A stretch of DNA of 64,000 nucleotides from Trichosphaerium sp. ATCC 40318 (Eukaryota; Protista; Tubulinea). Below are positions 1-11,768 of this stretch, piece by piece. Where the stretch lies: assembly GCA_038496445.1 (NCBI GenBank), contig JALMLS010000103.1:128733-192732 (forward strand), given 5' to 3'. The notes beneath the pieces were generated by a model. The model saw only the letters and a program-made list of their open reading frames with translations. It was not told the origin of the DNA and did no database searches. A program made the translations under genes and the position numbers. Numbering within the stretch: the first letter of the stretch is position 1; every line of letters begins with the position of its first letter.

Positions 1-739
1 TGTGGCTGTAGTGATATTACTGTTGAAGGGATAAAAGCACTCAAAGATGTTCATGATATTACACTTGATTTTCCCAAACCTGAATGGTATGAACACCTTG
101 GTAACATACATACTACTCGTATAGAGTGGGACATGTTTGGTACAAAGTCAGTTCTTGAAGAGGATCTGGTCAAATCATTGATCAATACCAAACATTTGGC
201 TTTACATTATGCAAATAGGAGCAGATGCCATTCTTATTCATTTAACCAAGCTTGAACGTCTTGACCTATATTCAAATTATAAAGTTTCAGACTCAACTTT
301 GAAGCATTTAGTAAATCTCAAGCAACTCACTCTTGATGAGTGTGACTCTATCACAGGTTCATGTTTTGAGCATTTGGTCAACCTTAGATGTGTGACACTT
401 TGTGCATGTCGGCGTTTTCAAAGCAGTAGTTTACAGCACCTCATTAGTGTCGATCATCTCTTCCTTGATAAGATGCACAATATTGACGTTCAATACTTGA
501 GTCATTTGAAGCGCCTCACTTTAACAAGATGCATACAGCCAAAAGAATCAGGTGTGAAGTATTTGATTAACCTTGAGTACCTGAACATTCGTTATTGTTC
601 TGTTTTTGAAACTAGAGACTTGAAGCATTTGACATCTCTCCAATTCTTAGAGGTTAGTTCCAAGCAAGCTCAAGAGTATAAGAAACAGTTTGATAAACTG
701 GATGTTGTTTTACTCGTACGTAAAAGATATGAAGCGTAA
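1..739 (+). CDS. LRR protein of the F-box/LRR family, 5'-truncated by the window edge, with an apparent frameshift near 205-215
   Basis: Frame 1 from base 1 reads CGCSDITVEGIKALKDVHDITL...HLGNIHTTRIE...KSLINTKHLALHY. The cysteine-containing LRRs continue in frame 2 (209-739). No intron signal at the switch. Confidence 0.7.
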
Positions 740-1286
740 TTGATTTCATAAAAAAGTTTCAACGCTGTTACAATAAATTATTGTCACTTTTTCTACTTTC
801 TATCCTTTTTGTGTTTTGACACTTCTGTTTGCTGGATACACTTTTTGGTTTCAAAATATATGCGTCATTGGTATACATAGATGCTAGCTAAGGTTGACAG
901 TCGGTTGCACCACATTCTTTGTCATGTGTATATGACAAGGACACAAGCTTTAAGGACTGTAACGTCTGAAGGAATTCCAATACGTGCAACGTCTCAATCT
1001 ACTACCATAGTTTGCTATCTCTGGCCCTAGCAATGAGAAATGCCTCAATGTCATTGATAGCCATAGTCATTTCACTGTTACATTGTAGTCACCAGCAAAT
1101 ATACCTTGGAGCTCATCTTGAACTTCCTAATAGCAAGTTCGAAAAAAAAGTAAGTGAGAGCTTCATTAATCACTACAATTTTTTGCGCACATGGACGTGC
1201 ATTCCGTATTGCTTACAAAGTACGAGTTACAACCTAAACTGATGTTTTATTTTTGTTACATAAGAGTGTATATTCTCTTTGTTATT

Positions 1287-2356
1287 TTAATTTTTCCCTT
1301 TCTTTTTTTGCCTTGTTTTGCTTCTTGTTGTCACATTAGGCTTATTTCTTACCACACAAGGGTTCTCAAGAGAAGGAAGATCAATCACAGTATTACTTGG
1401 CTTGATTGCAAAACCTACAACAGTACCAAAAGCTTTTTGAGCTTTGTACTCTTTGTTCTCTCCTGGGACATATAATGGAGAGTTCCCTGCTTGTGGCTCT
1501 TTCTCCTTTGTCGGTGTCGTTTTTTGACGTTTCGACGGCGTATCACGTGGTTCTACTGCTGTAGCGACTACTGTATCAAGTTTACGCTTCTTTGAGGGAG
1601 TAGGAGTCGGTGGATCAGGTGTTGGATCAGGAGAAGTTGTTTTAGGCTCTTGTGTAGAGATGTTTTGATTATTGTTGTGCGTTAAAAGATTTTCGAGTTT
1701 ATCATCGTATTCTGTCTTTAAACGGACAAGAGTGTTACGTAATTTACGAATTTGAGCCTAATTATATGTCAGTGGGGTAATCTCGACGGATTTCTTGTTA
1801 ATGTATCTGATTTTCAAACCGAAAACAAAAACAAAAAAAAAAAAAGTTTGTGGATTTACCCACGTGCCTTTTGTTTATCAACTGTTTGTTGTCTTTTACG
1901 TAATTCGATGATGAGTTGGGTTCTCTCTTCATCTATAACGTCCGTATGACCTTTATTAACATCTAACTGGTTACGGAGCTTTGTAACCTCTCTCTTATGA
2001 ACTCTTGAACGCCCGTCAGCGTAAGCATCAATCTTTTTTTTCTCTAAAAACAAAAACAATATTAATACGTCACCGGCTGTCTTTGAGTTATAATACTCGA
2101 TAGTTTAATATTAAGGTACCTAAAGATACTACAAGGTTATATACATACTCTTCAATCTCAAGTTCTTGTCCTGTGACTGGATCGATAATTACAATTATGT
2201 TCTTGCTCTTTTAAAAAATATCACGTGGTAAGTACAACGTTACATTTAGGGTTTAAAACTTTTTATGTTTATTTTTTTTTGTAATTCTGCTGGAAGAAGG
2301 AAAGAGATGAATTAAAGATTAAGAGCATTAGCTATATTTAATTAACAACGTACCAT
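1287..2356 (-). CDS. Orphan coiled-coil/basic protein, spliced, paralog of 49066-50368
   Basis: Exons give IIVIIDPVTGQELEIEEYVYNLVVSL, KREVTKLRNQLD...KQK and AQIRKLRNTLVRLK...PLYVPGE, collinear with the 49-kb copy. One extra A in a 6-A run near 1520 shifts the frame. Start codon is uncertain. Confidence 0.6.
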
Positions 2357-3432
2357 TTTAACAGGTTAGCTGTTGCGTGTTTCGCAAAAGAAAATGTTAT
2401 ACAATTTTGATGTGAAACGCCGGGTGATTCAGGTGTGAACTGCATTGACTACAACTCGAGATATTAGCTCTAACACATGCTTCACCGATTAAACTCATGC
2501 CTAATAGTAGCTTTGGGGGTACTAGATCGTTCGAAAAGCGCTCTGGAACAAAAAAACTTTCTCGTCGTTTACATATCACGTTGAAGTGCTCGTCAGTACT
2601 TTATGGCGTTGTTGTTTCGTTTACGGTATTGAACTTGGAAACACCTACTTTTTAGAATAAGAAAGATGTGCGCATTCGATTACCACGCCAAAGAAGCCTC
2701 GAGATGCAGTTCTCTTTGAGCCCACGTGTTAAATTATTGATAATAGTAAAAATGAGTTTAAAGCCAACTGTGTCAATATTATGTACTGCAGCTGAGCCAC
2801 ATTTCAGGCGCTTTTAACCAACATACTTGGACAAACAATGCTATCTACGATATCAAGCAGGCAACGAAGTGCAACCTGAGCTGATAGATGTGACATGTTA
2901 AATAAACCACACGCTCTGTCAGGGACAGTTCATTAATACTGTCTTCATGATTTAATGGTTCTTTGGACTGGTCTAATGAACAACGAGCCTCAAAAAATAA
3001 ATCTTGTTGTTATTTTACTGCCAACGGATTACATGATTAGATGCAATATATTTTTGGAATTGAGAACAAAAGAATACTTCGTTTATCTCATTCACCGATA
3101 GGTGCGCCTCCGATATTTGGTGTGTTTGTTCTACCAGGTAGATAAGTTCATGCAAGAGATTGTATTGTGGTGAGCAGCACTACCGCCTACAATTCAGATA
3201 AGTATCTCCTTTGGCATCTGGTTTGGTCCACTTAGTAGTATTAGGTATGTGGTATGTGTTAACCCTGATGTCCAGCGTATCCGCTGGTAGAGATTTTATG
3301 CTATTACTCACAATTTTTTACTAAATCATTAGTGCTGTGGATGCAAAAGATAAAGTTCTTAGAATTCAAATATTTAGGAGCGCGTTTTTAAAAAACAATA
3401 TTTTTATTGACCTCAGAACATGAACGTACAAA

Positions 3433-4341
3433 TTAAAGTTGAACTGTGTACAACACTTTCGTACCCTTTACATAGTAACATGCATCACACAAGGTACCAT
3501 CATCATGCCAAGACTTGTGCTCTCCTTCAAGCAAACCTTTAACATAGTAGCACTTCTGTATTAATTGACGATTTTGTCCCCATGTCTTATGCTCTCCTTC
3601 CAGGCTACCTTTAACAAAAAAACACTGTTCCCGTGGTACACCATTGCTATACCACTTCTTTCTCTCTCCAACTTGCATGTCGTTTAGAAAAGTACCTTCC
3701 TCAATCATCCTACCTTCTTCATGCCAACACTGGTACTTTCCTTCTTGCTTGCCATTGACATAAAACTCTTTCCTACATAACTGCCCATTAGCATGCCATA
3801 GAGTATATTCTCCTAGTCGTTTTCCTCCGGTATAATGACATTGGGAAACCAACTGACCTCCCTCGTTCCATTTCTTATGATACCCTTCTTTGATGCCATT
3901 AACATAGTTTACTTCTTCACATAACTGTTGGTTGTTCCACCAACTCTTGTATTCTCCATGAAGAACATCATTGACGTAATGACACTTATCCATTAATTGA
4001 CCATCATAACTCCAAATAGTAAATTCTCCATGTCTCTTACCGTTAATGTAGTAATCTTTTTTCCACACCTGATCATTATTCCACCACACTTTTTGCTCAC
4101 CGTGAAGTTGACCATGTTTCCAGGACTCTTCTACTGACTTTAGAATGGTACCATTTATTATTCTTGCTTTAATCCATTTCTGATGTTTTTGTAGTTCGTT
4201 GTCAAACCTCACTGCTGTAGCAGTTTTTTTCGATAGTAGCGGCCATTTTAAATACACTTCAAGGTCCAAATCAGTAATTTCGAGCTGTATCTCTACAGGT
4301 AGGTAAGAAATGAGGGAACAATTTTGTTCGTCTGTGTTCAT
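3433..4341 (-). CDS. Intronless protein with an F-box-like N-terminus and MORN-variant (YwqK-like) repeats
   Basis: N-terminal LISYLPVEIQLEI motif, then about 9-10 repeats of G.Y..W..NGQL.....Y.NG...G. Confidence 0.85.
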   Translation of the reverse strand: MNTDEQNCSLISYLPVEIQLEITDLDLEVYLKWPLLSKKTATAVRFDNELQKHQKWIKARIINGTILKSVEESWKHGQLHGEQKVWWNNDQVWKKDYYINGKRHGEFTIWSYDGQLMDKCHYVNDVLHGEYKSWWNNQQLCEEVNYVNGIKEGYHKKWNEGGQLVSQCHYTGGKRLGEYTLWHANGQLCRKEFYVNGKQEGKYQCWHEEGRMIEEGTFLNDMQVGERKKWYSNGVPREQCFFVKGSLEGEHKTWGQNRQLIQKCYYVKGLLEGEHKSWHDDGTLCDACYYVKGTKVLYTVQL

Positions 4342-5354
4342 CTGGTTCTATGGCCTACAACTTCAAATGAATTCCTTAATCGTTTTAACAGTTTCTTACA
4401 CAGATAAGAGAAGTTGTGATCAACGTAATACGCTCAAATACAAACCCCAGTTTGTCCGAGAAAAGTCAACGCAAGTGTCGAAATGGAAAAATCAATGTGT
4501 AAAGATTGTATTGGCAATTGCTGACGTTTTCGCTCTTTTTTTAAATCATGTGCTTGTATGGCACAGAAAATAAGCGTACAGCAATATTTCTTCGTTATGT
4601 TATTGGTAGCAAACTTTATTTCGCAATATAAAAGTGTCTATCACGTGATGACCGACATTTCTGCACGTGTACTTCGGTTTACTTATGTAGCCATCAGAAT
4701 GGACAAAGAGAGCTTTAGAACACTTTTTCAAGCATAAAAATACTACAGCAACACGACACAACAACTTAACGCCAATTGTGTAAGGAAGTGGTCTTGACCG
4801 CCTTTTGGCGTAGCAGTAAGCTAGACTTCCTAATAATTGAAAGTACGCTACAGTTCACGTGATGCGTATTTAACTTAACATTGAGATTTATTTCCTTGGA
4901 GTACATCACGATATAATTGCAACAAAAACGATTTATTCACCGCTACCCTTCTTGAGTGGTAACAGTGCATGTTGTACTGTATTAAGTTGCAAAATATGGC
5001 CTTATCAATACTACATTTGTCAGTACCAATTCACAAGTGTAAAACTAACTCAAACTATCTTGCAACAACTGTTCTTTATGTATGTACCTCTGATCAAGGA
5101 AAATTACAGCGTCAAAACCAAGTATTATACTGATAAGGAACATTGTGTACGTTAGTACTTTACTACAAATAAATGCTAAGTAAGAGTACCACCTTTTTCG
5201 AAAAGAAATCTTAGTTCCAAGTATATTTTGTTCAACCTTTACATCCACTTATAAAGTGGCTGTTCATTTGAATTGGAAATAATATTAATATAAAAGCTGG
5301 TTGTTGAATCATTGCAAAAAAGTCATTGATAGCATGGTTGTCTAACTTTTAGTT

Positions 5355-5502
5355 GGATTTGACCTGAAATATGGCTATTTTTATTTAAAGGTTAAAAGCC
5401 ACTCCCGATTAGCACGCACGTGACTTTCTGTTCTTATGCTCAAACCTCTCCGAAAAATCAGGCTTAGCGTTAACACAAAAAGCGTTATTTCAGGTCAAAT
5501 CC
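5355..5502. mobile_element. MITE-like element with 17-bp terminal inverted repeats
   Basis: GGATTTGACCTGAAATA (5355-5371) and TATTTCAGGTCAAATCC (5486-5502) are perfect reverse complements. The internal CACGTGACTTTCTGTTC recurs elsewhere in the window. Confidence 0.6.
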
Positions 5503-5705
5503 TGTGACATCTTATGTACAAGTATAGCGCTAATCAATGTTTATTAATAAGTGTTCTCTGAATGTACCTAAATAAAAATAGTTTTCTATCAATTTCTTCA
5601 AATGGTCGCTTATCTTTACTTTACACGACTTCTTACACGACTCTTTGACCCTTGTTACATTTCATTACAACATCTCTTACAACTTATTTGCTACATTGTA
5701 ACGAA

Positions 5706-6848
5706 ATGGAAGGAGAATACGCAAAAAAGACAAGCAAAGCAGCTTTCAACCTTATTACGCTCCCTATTGAAATGATAGTTCATGTTCTTAAACAAGGGGC
5801 TTTTGCGCTTCGCTCGGCGCAAACATGCCGCGCACTGCGTGATATTGTCCATAACCACATTGGATATAATAAAATAGCGATTCAACACGAAGAAGAAGTG
5901 AAAATGCTGTCTGGTAGTCCGTTACTACAAAATACAAAGCTTTCGTTTTTTAAGGGCAGTATAGCACGTATGTCACTTAAAACTAGAATTAAGTATGGTC
6001 GTAGTTGTAAGTTTGATATAACAGATAGACACTTGCATTTACTCGCAGGTGTACATACTATCAGTTTCTACAAGTGCAATTTGACAGATGATGGTATTAA
6101 GTCATTGGCAGGTGTGCACACAATCTGCCTGGCTGGGTGTAAATCAATAACAGATGAGGGCATCAAGGCATTGGCGGGTGTGCATGACATTGATTTATCA
6201 TTTACAAGTGTAACAGATGAGGGCATCAAGGCTTTGGCAGGTGTGCATACAATCAAGTTGCGTGGAGTTAAAACAATAACAAATGAGGGCATCAAGGCAT
6301 TGGCAGGTGTTTATGACATTGATTTAGAATTTACAAGTGTAACAGATGAGGGCATCAAGGCTTTGGCAGGTGTGCACACGATCAATTTAGGATGCACAGG
6401 TGCTATAAATGAGGGTATTAAGGCATTGGCAGGTGTACATGAGATTGATTTATCAAATACAATAGTGACAGATGAAGGATTGAAGGCATTGGCAGGTGTA
6501 CACACAATCAACCTGAGTGAAGTTAACACAATAACAAATGAGGGTATCAAGACTTTGGCAGGTGTGTATGACATTGATTTACAATTTACAAAAGTAACAG
6601 ATGAGGGCATTAAGGCTTTGGCAGGCGTGCACACAATCAACCTGCGTGGATGTAAATCAATCACATACGAGAGCATCAAAGCATTGTCAGGTGTACATAC
6701 AATTAATTTATCAACTACAAATGTAACAGACAAATGTTTGAAGGCATTGTCACGTGCGCACACAATCACCCTGAATAATTGTAAATATGTAACAGATGAG
6801 GGCATTAAGGCTTTACAAGGTAGAGTTTTCAGATCTAAGAAACACTAA
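5706..6848 (+). CDS. Intronless F-box/leucine-rich repeat protein
   Basis: F-box-like FNLITLPIEMIVHVL...AQTCRALRDIV, followed by about 12 repeats of 21-22 aa (ALAGVH.I.L....(C)..(I/V)TDEGIK). ATG at 5706 chosen by alignment with paralogs. Confidence 0.9.
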   Translation: MEGEYAKKTSKAAFNLITLPIEMIVHVLKQGAFALRSAQTCRALRDIVHNHIGYNKIAIQHEEEVKMLSGSPLLQNTKLSFFKGSIARMSLKTRIKYGRSCKFDITDRHLHLLAGVHTISFYKCNLTDDGIKSLAGVHTICLAGCKSITDEGIKALAGVHDIDLSFTSVTDEGIKALAGVHTIKLRGVKTITNEGIKALAGVYDIDLEFTSVTDEGIKALAGVHTINLGCTGAINEGIKALAGVHEIDLSNTIVTDEGLKALAGVHTINLSEVNTITNEGIKTLAGVYDIDLQFTKVTDEGIKALAGVHTINLRGCKSITYESIKALSGVHTINLSTTNVTDKCLKALSRAHTITLNNCKYVTDEGIKALQGRVFRSKKH

Positions 6849-7542
6849 GGTTTCATTTTGATACACTTTCAATTGATGAAGAAGCTCAAAGTGAGAATGA
6901 TAGTTTAAATAGTAATGAAAGTAAAGATAGGTTGACGAAAGGAAGTAACAATATTCTTGTATCATGTTTTAATTTGTAAAGAACCCTTATCTTTCTTTAT
7001 ATTTTGATTGTGTACAACAGAAACAATCACCAGATGCAACACAATACACAACTAGTCGGAATCTGAAGTACCTAACCTATGTCGAAAACCTATCAGTTAG
7101 TGGACCAGCGACAACGTAGTAGAATATATACAGGGTATATAACGTGGACAGTGTTTGGCCTAAATTGGTACAACCAAGTTCCCAAACACACTTGTTTGAG
7201 AACAGGAAGATGGGAGCGCAGCGGTGGTGGTGGGCAAGGTCGTCAAAGGTTTATTTGACAGAGATATACGTGTACGAGGTGCACACAGAGAGTCAGAGGA
7301 ATCAGACAGCTGGTCAAGAAGCTTCTTTTTCGCAGGAATAAAACTCTCAGTTTTCTTCTCCGACTAAGCACTCAAAACTTCGGATTTTACTATTTAATAG
7401 TAATAGATACTGCCCCTCAAGCTTCTTTTCAGTTTGTCTGATTTCTTTTTCTTATTAGAGATTTAATGTCTGACAATTCAAGTGTTTTAAACTTGTCCGT
7501 AGACCACTTTTGTGACATGGTGCAAATTCATGTTGCAAACGA

Positions 7543-7670
7543 GGTTTGAGTTGAAATACTGCTATGCTACTGCTGGCTTTTAAGACCGCGTCAGCAAGCA
7601 CGTGACTTTCTGCTCGTACGTCCATAAGAACACTTACGTGGATAAGATGTTGAGTCTCAAGTTACCTGTG
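7543..7670. mobile_element. Degenerate copy of the MITE at 5355
   Basis: GGTTTGAGTTGAAATACTGCTAT...GCACGTGACTTTCTGCTC...CTCAAGTTACCTGTG resembles both ends and the core of 5355-5502. Confidence 0.4.
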
Positions 7671-7941
7671 TTCACAACCATCTCGAACATTAGATTTAGC
7701 AACAAACAATGTAAGACGAATACAACTCTACAAGATTTTGGGCTCTGTAAGGAAAACAAGTCTCCAAGAGTGTTTTATTAACCTACAACGTTTCTCTTTA
7801 AGAGCAACAGGTACTATACTTTTATGAGAATGATACTAAAGCGATTGCGTGTCAAAAGGCTTCGCTGAAAAAAGACATTAAAAGAAAACTCGCGGAAAAT
7901 AAGCTCAACGGCATTAAGATTAAAAAGAGAATTAATACAAA

Positions 7942-10900
7942 ATGGCTACAGAAGCAAAGATTCAAAGCCTACAACGCCATTTTGGTAATGGTATTGATAG
8001 AGATGTATTAGAAAGCGTATTGGTACGTACAACTCTTTAATAGTACCTCAGAGTGATTACTTACGCGGTAAATAAGGCTGTAAATGATGGAGACGTTAAC
8101 TTGTCTATTACGTTTTTAACTGGCCAACAAGGCGACTACATAGTAGATCCAAACGTATGTAACCCCTTATAACGAGTTATCTAAAAAAAACAACATTTAA
8201 CACAAACGCCTAGCAACCTACAGATGGACTCCCAAACGACTACCCTGGTAAAGTAAACACAGTACGCAATAAACACAGCTTAAATCATTTATCTCTGTTA
8301 ACAAACTTCGCAAGGGCGCTGTAGCACGCTCTAGTGTTAAAGTAGAGCCACCAACAGCAAATACACAAAAAATTTTGGCTTTGAAAAAGCTATTTCTTCA
8401 AGAGAGCTTACTTCAAGAACATTTCGCTGTACGCTCATTGCTCCCTACGTTATAAAGACCCCGTTGACGTTGATATAAGGCACAAGAAGAGGATTTTGAG
8501 CAATACGCCTCAACTCTACTTAGATTATTATTTCATAGAGTAGAAATCGTAAAAGGTTGCAGATCAAGGATATTAGCAACGTGTACGCTTGTTTTAACGA
8601 GAAAACTTATTAACTTTTCCGCAAATTCCACAAAACGGCGAAATTTACCCTTTAAATCGTTTAATAATATACCTAGGCTGGGCTCGTAGATGCTATGCAT
8701 TACCTTCTATACTATTGAAGCATTTTGAAGGTAAACGGTTTGAGAGATTCTTCAAATTTACGTTTAAGCACCTTGACTAAACTTATTGCTTAGAATTGTT
8801 TGCTTTGCCTGAAGTTCTTCGTAGTTTGAAGCTATTAGATGCTCGCCGTCAAATAAGGTACTTCAGTGATTATATAAAGCATGTAGGGCTAATGTATTGA
8901 CCTCAGAGCAATTGAGAAACGTATTGCTCGTCTACAAAAACAAGGAACTGTTAAGGCTAGAAAAATGGGACAGTTGAAGTCAGCCATTAATGACCTTCAA
9001 AAGGAAGCTCTTGAACAAGGATCTGTGTCTGGTGCTTTGTGTAAAAAGATAAAAGCTTGGGTTGGCACAATAGATACAGAAAAATTGACTTTCTTCGCCT
9101 TGAATATGCCACGTGAACCATGGAGGTATTTTATTGGTTTCTTTTTTGAAATAAGAAATAATTAAGAAACCACTTTTGTGTAACCTTACTTTCTTAAAGA
9201 GAATTGGCTGATATTGTTCACTTGAATCCGTCATCATTCAAGCTTGACTGGTTCCTGGGATTTGTATTTGGCGCTCCAGCACCACAAGAAAGTATCTTGA
9301 CAGCTTGCGAAGGTATGGTTATTTAAATCTTTCGTATTTTGTTTTTTTTTTAGTTGCTTACTGGTTTTACAAACAGGTATTTCCACAGCAAATGTTGTAG
9401 AAATATTACAGAAACACGAAGTACCATATTCGTATTTGAGGCTACACGTCCGCCCTTTGGTACGGCGACAAATTTGATTTTTTCCTTTTTTTGTCGGGTT
9501 GTTGACCAAGCATTTTTCGTTGCATTTTCTCTGACTATTTTTTGTTTAGCCAGATGCCGCTAAAGCACAAATTGCTTTATACGCTCCTATTGATACATTA
9601 ATTTGGTATCATGAGGAGTTATCCACTGTCCAGGTTAACAACACAATTCAAGCGCGTCTTCAAGCTGGAGAATCTGTTACATTTTCTTATGGTAAACTGA
9701 TGGAACGTCTTCTTTACTTTAAGGTACGTCGCTCTTTGACTTCTCTAACCAATCACTGTTTTATCGATATACCGTATACTAACAGGTCTACAGAGAATCA
9801 ATGCACCATTCTACGAGACCCTCATACCTCTGGCTGAGGACAGATTGAGTAAAATCGATTTGGAGTTGGAACCGCCTGTATCCGTTTTGGGTGACGCTTC
9901 TTACTCTATGGATGTTGCTATTCGTACATCTACCATTATATCATCAGGTATATCAATCAAAACCCTTTCGTACTTCATGTTGAAGCTAATCTGTGAGCTT
10001 TTTTTAGTGCTTACTGTTCTTACTGCTGCTGAGCTTAAGTTCTTCCATACTCGTGTTGTAGATCCACCTTGTTATCCTGCTTCTATTAGACAAGTTATAC
10101 AAGTTGCAGAGAATGTAAAAGCTGATGGTATGACAGCACCAGCAGCCGGTTTATGGTATGTAAATTGTTTTGTAGATTTTTTTGCGTTTTTCTGTTTTAC
10201 TCACGTGCTGTTAACTTGATGGGTTTTAACATGTATTATAGGCCCTACTACCAACAAAAAAAGAGGATCAAATTCTTTGTTGTTGTTACAGGTACATATT
10301 GTTGTTGGAAACTCTGTTCTGGACGCGAAAACCCTTCTGACTTTGTTTTGTTTAGATGAAATCGAAAATATCAAATTTGATGATCGGTACTACTTCCCTG
10401 ATCTATTCCAGAAGTACTATGAAGAGGTATACCCTGCAAAGATAGTATTTGTTTCTTTCTTGGAGAATCCAAGTCAAAAAGGAAGAATGGTACGTACCAT
10501 TAGAAACAGTTTGAAGCAACAAACTAAAAAACGAGAAAAAAAAAACGAAATACATTTCAACTGAACACGTGCAATCTGTGGCGCTTTCTGCTTTTTTTCC
10601 ACCCCTTGAAAGTTATTTCATACAGCGAAATAAACGTTAATGATATCTTCGATTTAATAACTTTTTTTAGGTGACTTCCTTGGAGAATATGGGATTTGAT
10701 GTTTTACAGTTCCGTCTAGATGGAAACAGACCAGATCTTACAAAGATGGATACTTTACTTGGTCTTCTTGCATCTGAAGCATCTACATTCTCAGGAGCTG
10801 TAACTAGGCTTGCTACACTCTATAAAAAAGAAGGTCTTGATGCTGTTATTAATGCACTTATGAACCCTGTCCTTAAAAAGAAGAAAAGAAACTTGATTCA

Positions 10901-11327
10901 AGATCAACAGAATAAACAAATAGAACTACCTGATAGCGATGATGAGGAAGAAGGAGATGATAAAGATGTTAAAAAAGAAGAAGGTGGATTAGTTGAAGCT
11001 AGAAGAGAGTTCAGTGATTCTATTGCTGCTAAAGAACAAGAGATTGAGAAGTTAAAGAATGAGCTTAATGTATTACAAGCTAACCTTGGCAGTCAAGCTA
11101 TACCACAAGACTTTTTATGTCCTATTACACAGGTATTATTCCAAGATCCTGTTATTGCTGAGGATGGACATTCTTATGAGAGAAGCGCTATTTCTTCTTG
11201 GTTTGAGTCACATAATAGATCACCTATGACTGGACAAGTTCTTGATAGTAAGCATCTTATACCTAATCATGCTATTCGTAAGGCTATAGCTGAATTATTG
11301 GAAAGAGGCGCCTCACCTGATGTATAA
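7942..11327 (+). CDS. Multi-exon protein: CUE-like N-terminus, TROVE-like helical region, vWA (MIDAS) domain and C-terminal U-box
   Basis: IQSLQRHFGNGIDRDVLESVL-AVNDGDVNLSITFL (CUE-like). VLGDASYSM...GMTAPA...VVTDEIEN (MIDAS). IPQDFLCPITQVLFQDPVIAEDGHSYERSAISSWF...SPMT...LIPNHAIR (U-box). Confidence 0.8.
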
Positions 11328-11768
11328 ACAAAGTACAATAAAAAAAACAATTAAATTTCATAAAACGTTAAGAAGTTTTATTGTTTTGTTTGTGTGACGC
11401 TTGAGTGATTGTTATAGCCTACAACAATGATAGGGAATCCATATGGGATTGTTGCTAAGCTTTAACCCTTTTGAGCGCACAGACTGTGCTGTGATCTCAT
11501 CCAACTTACGACATTGCTAAACTCAGACACTTTAACTGATATCACATTTGATTCAAAAAAAATGCGACTGCCTACTTTATCTTTTTCAGACATAAACAAT
11601 TTCAAACTCTGGATGGGCGTCTTTCAGAAAAGGTATTGGAATAAATACTTGAGTCGCTAGGAGTAGTTTCCAAGTGAAAATGTTCAAAAAGCGAACAAGT
11701 TGCTCCTTTTTGAAAAATCACTAAACTGCTTTATTCAATATTTAGAACCTTTTTTTTTTACTTCTCTT

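Noticed and set aside
5706-6848. CRISPR-like or DGR-like appearance of constant repeats with variable spacers
   Set aside because: The units are in-frame coding LRRs. There are no cas genes, no template repeat and no evident adenine-specific variation, and the only RT is a Gypsy Pol.
1-7000. Endogenous giant-virus insertion
   Set aside because: The repeat-protein genes look virus-like, but no capsid, polymerase, packaging ATPase or other hallmark gene is present, and a spliced gene is interleaved.
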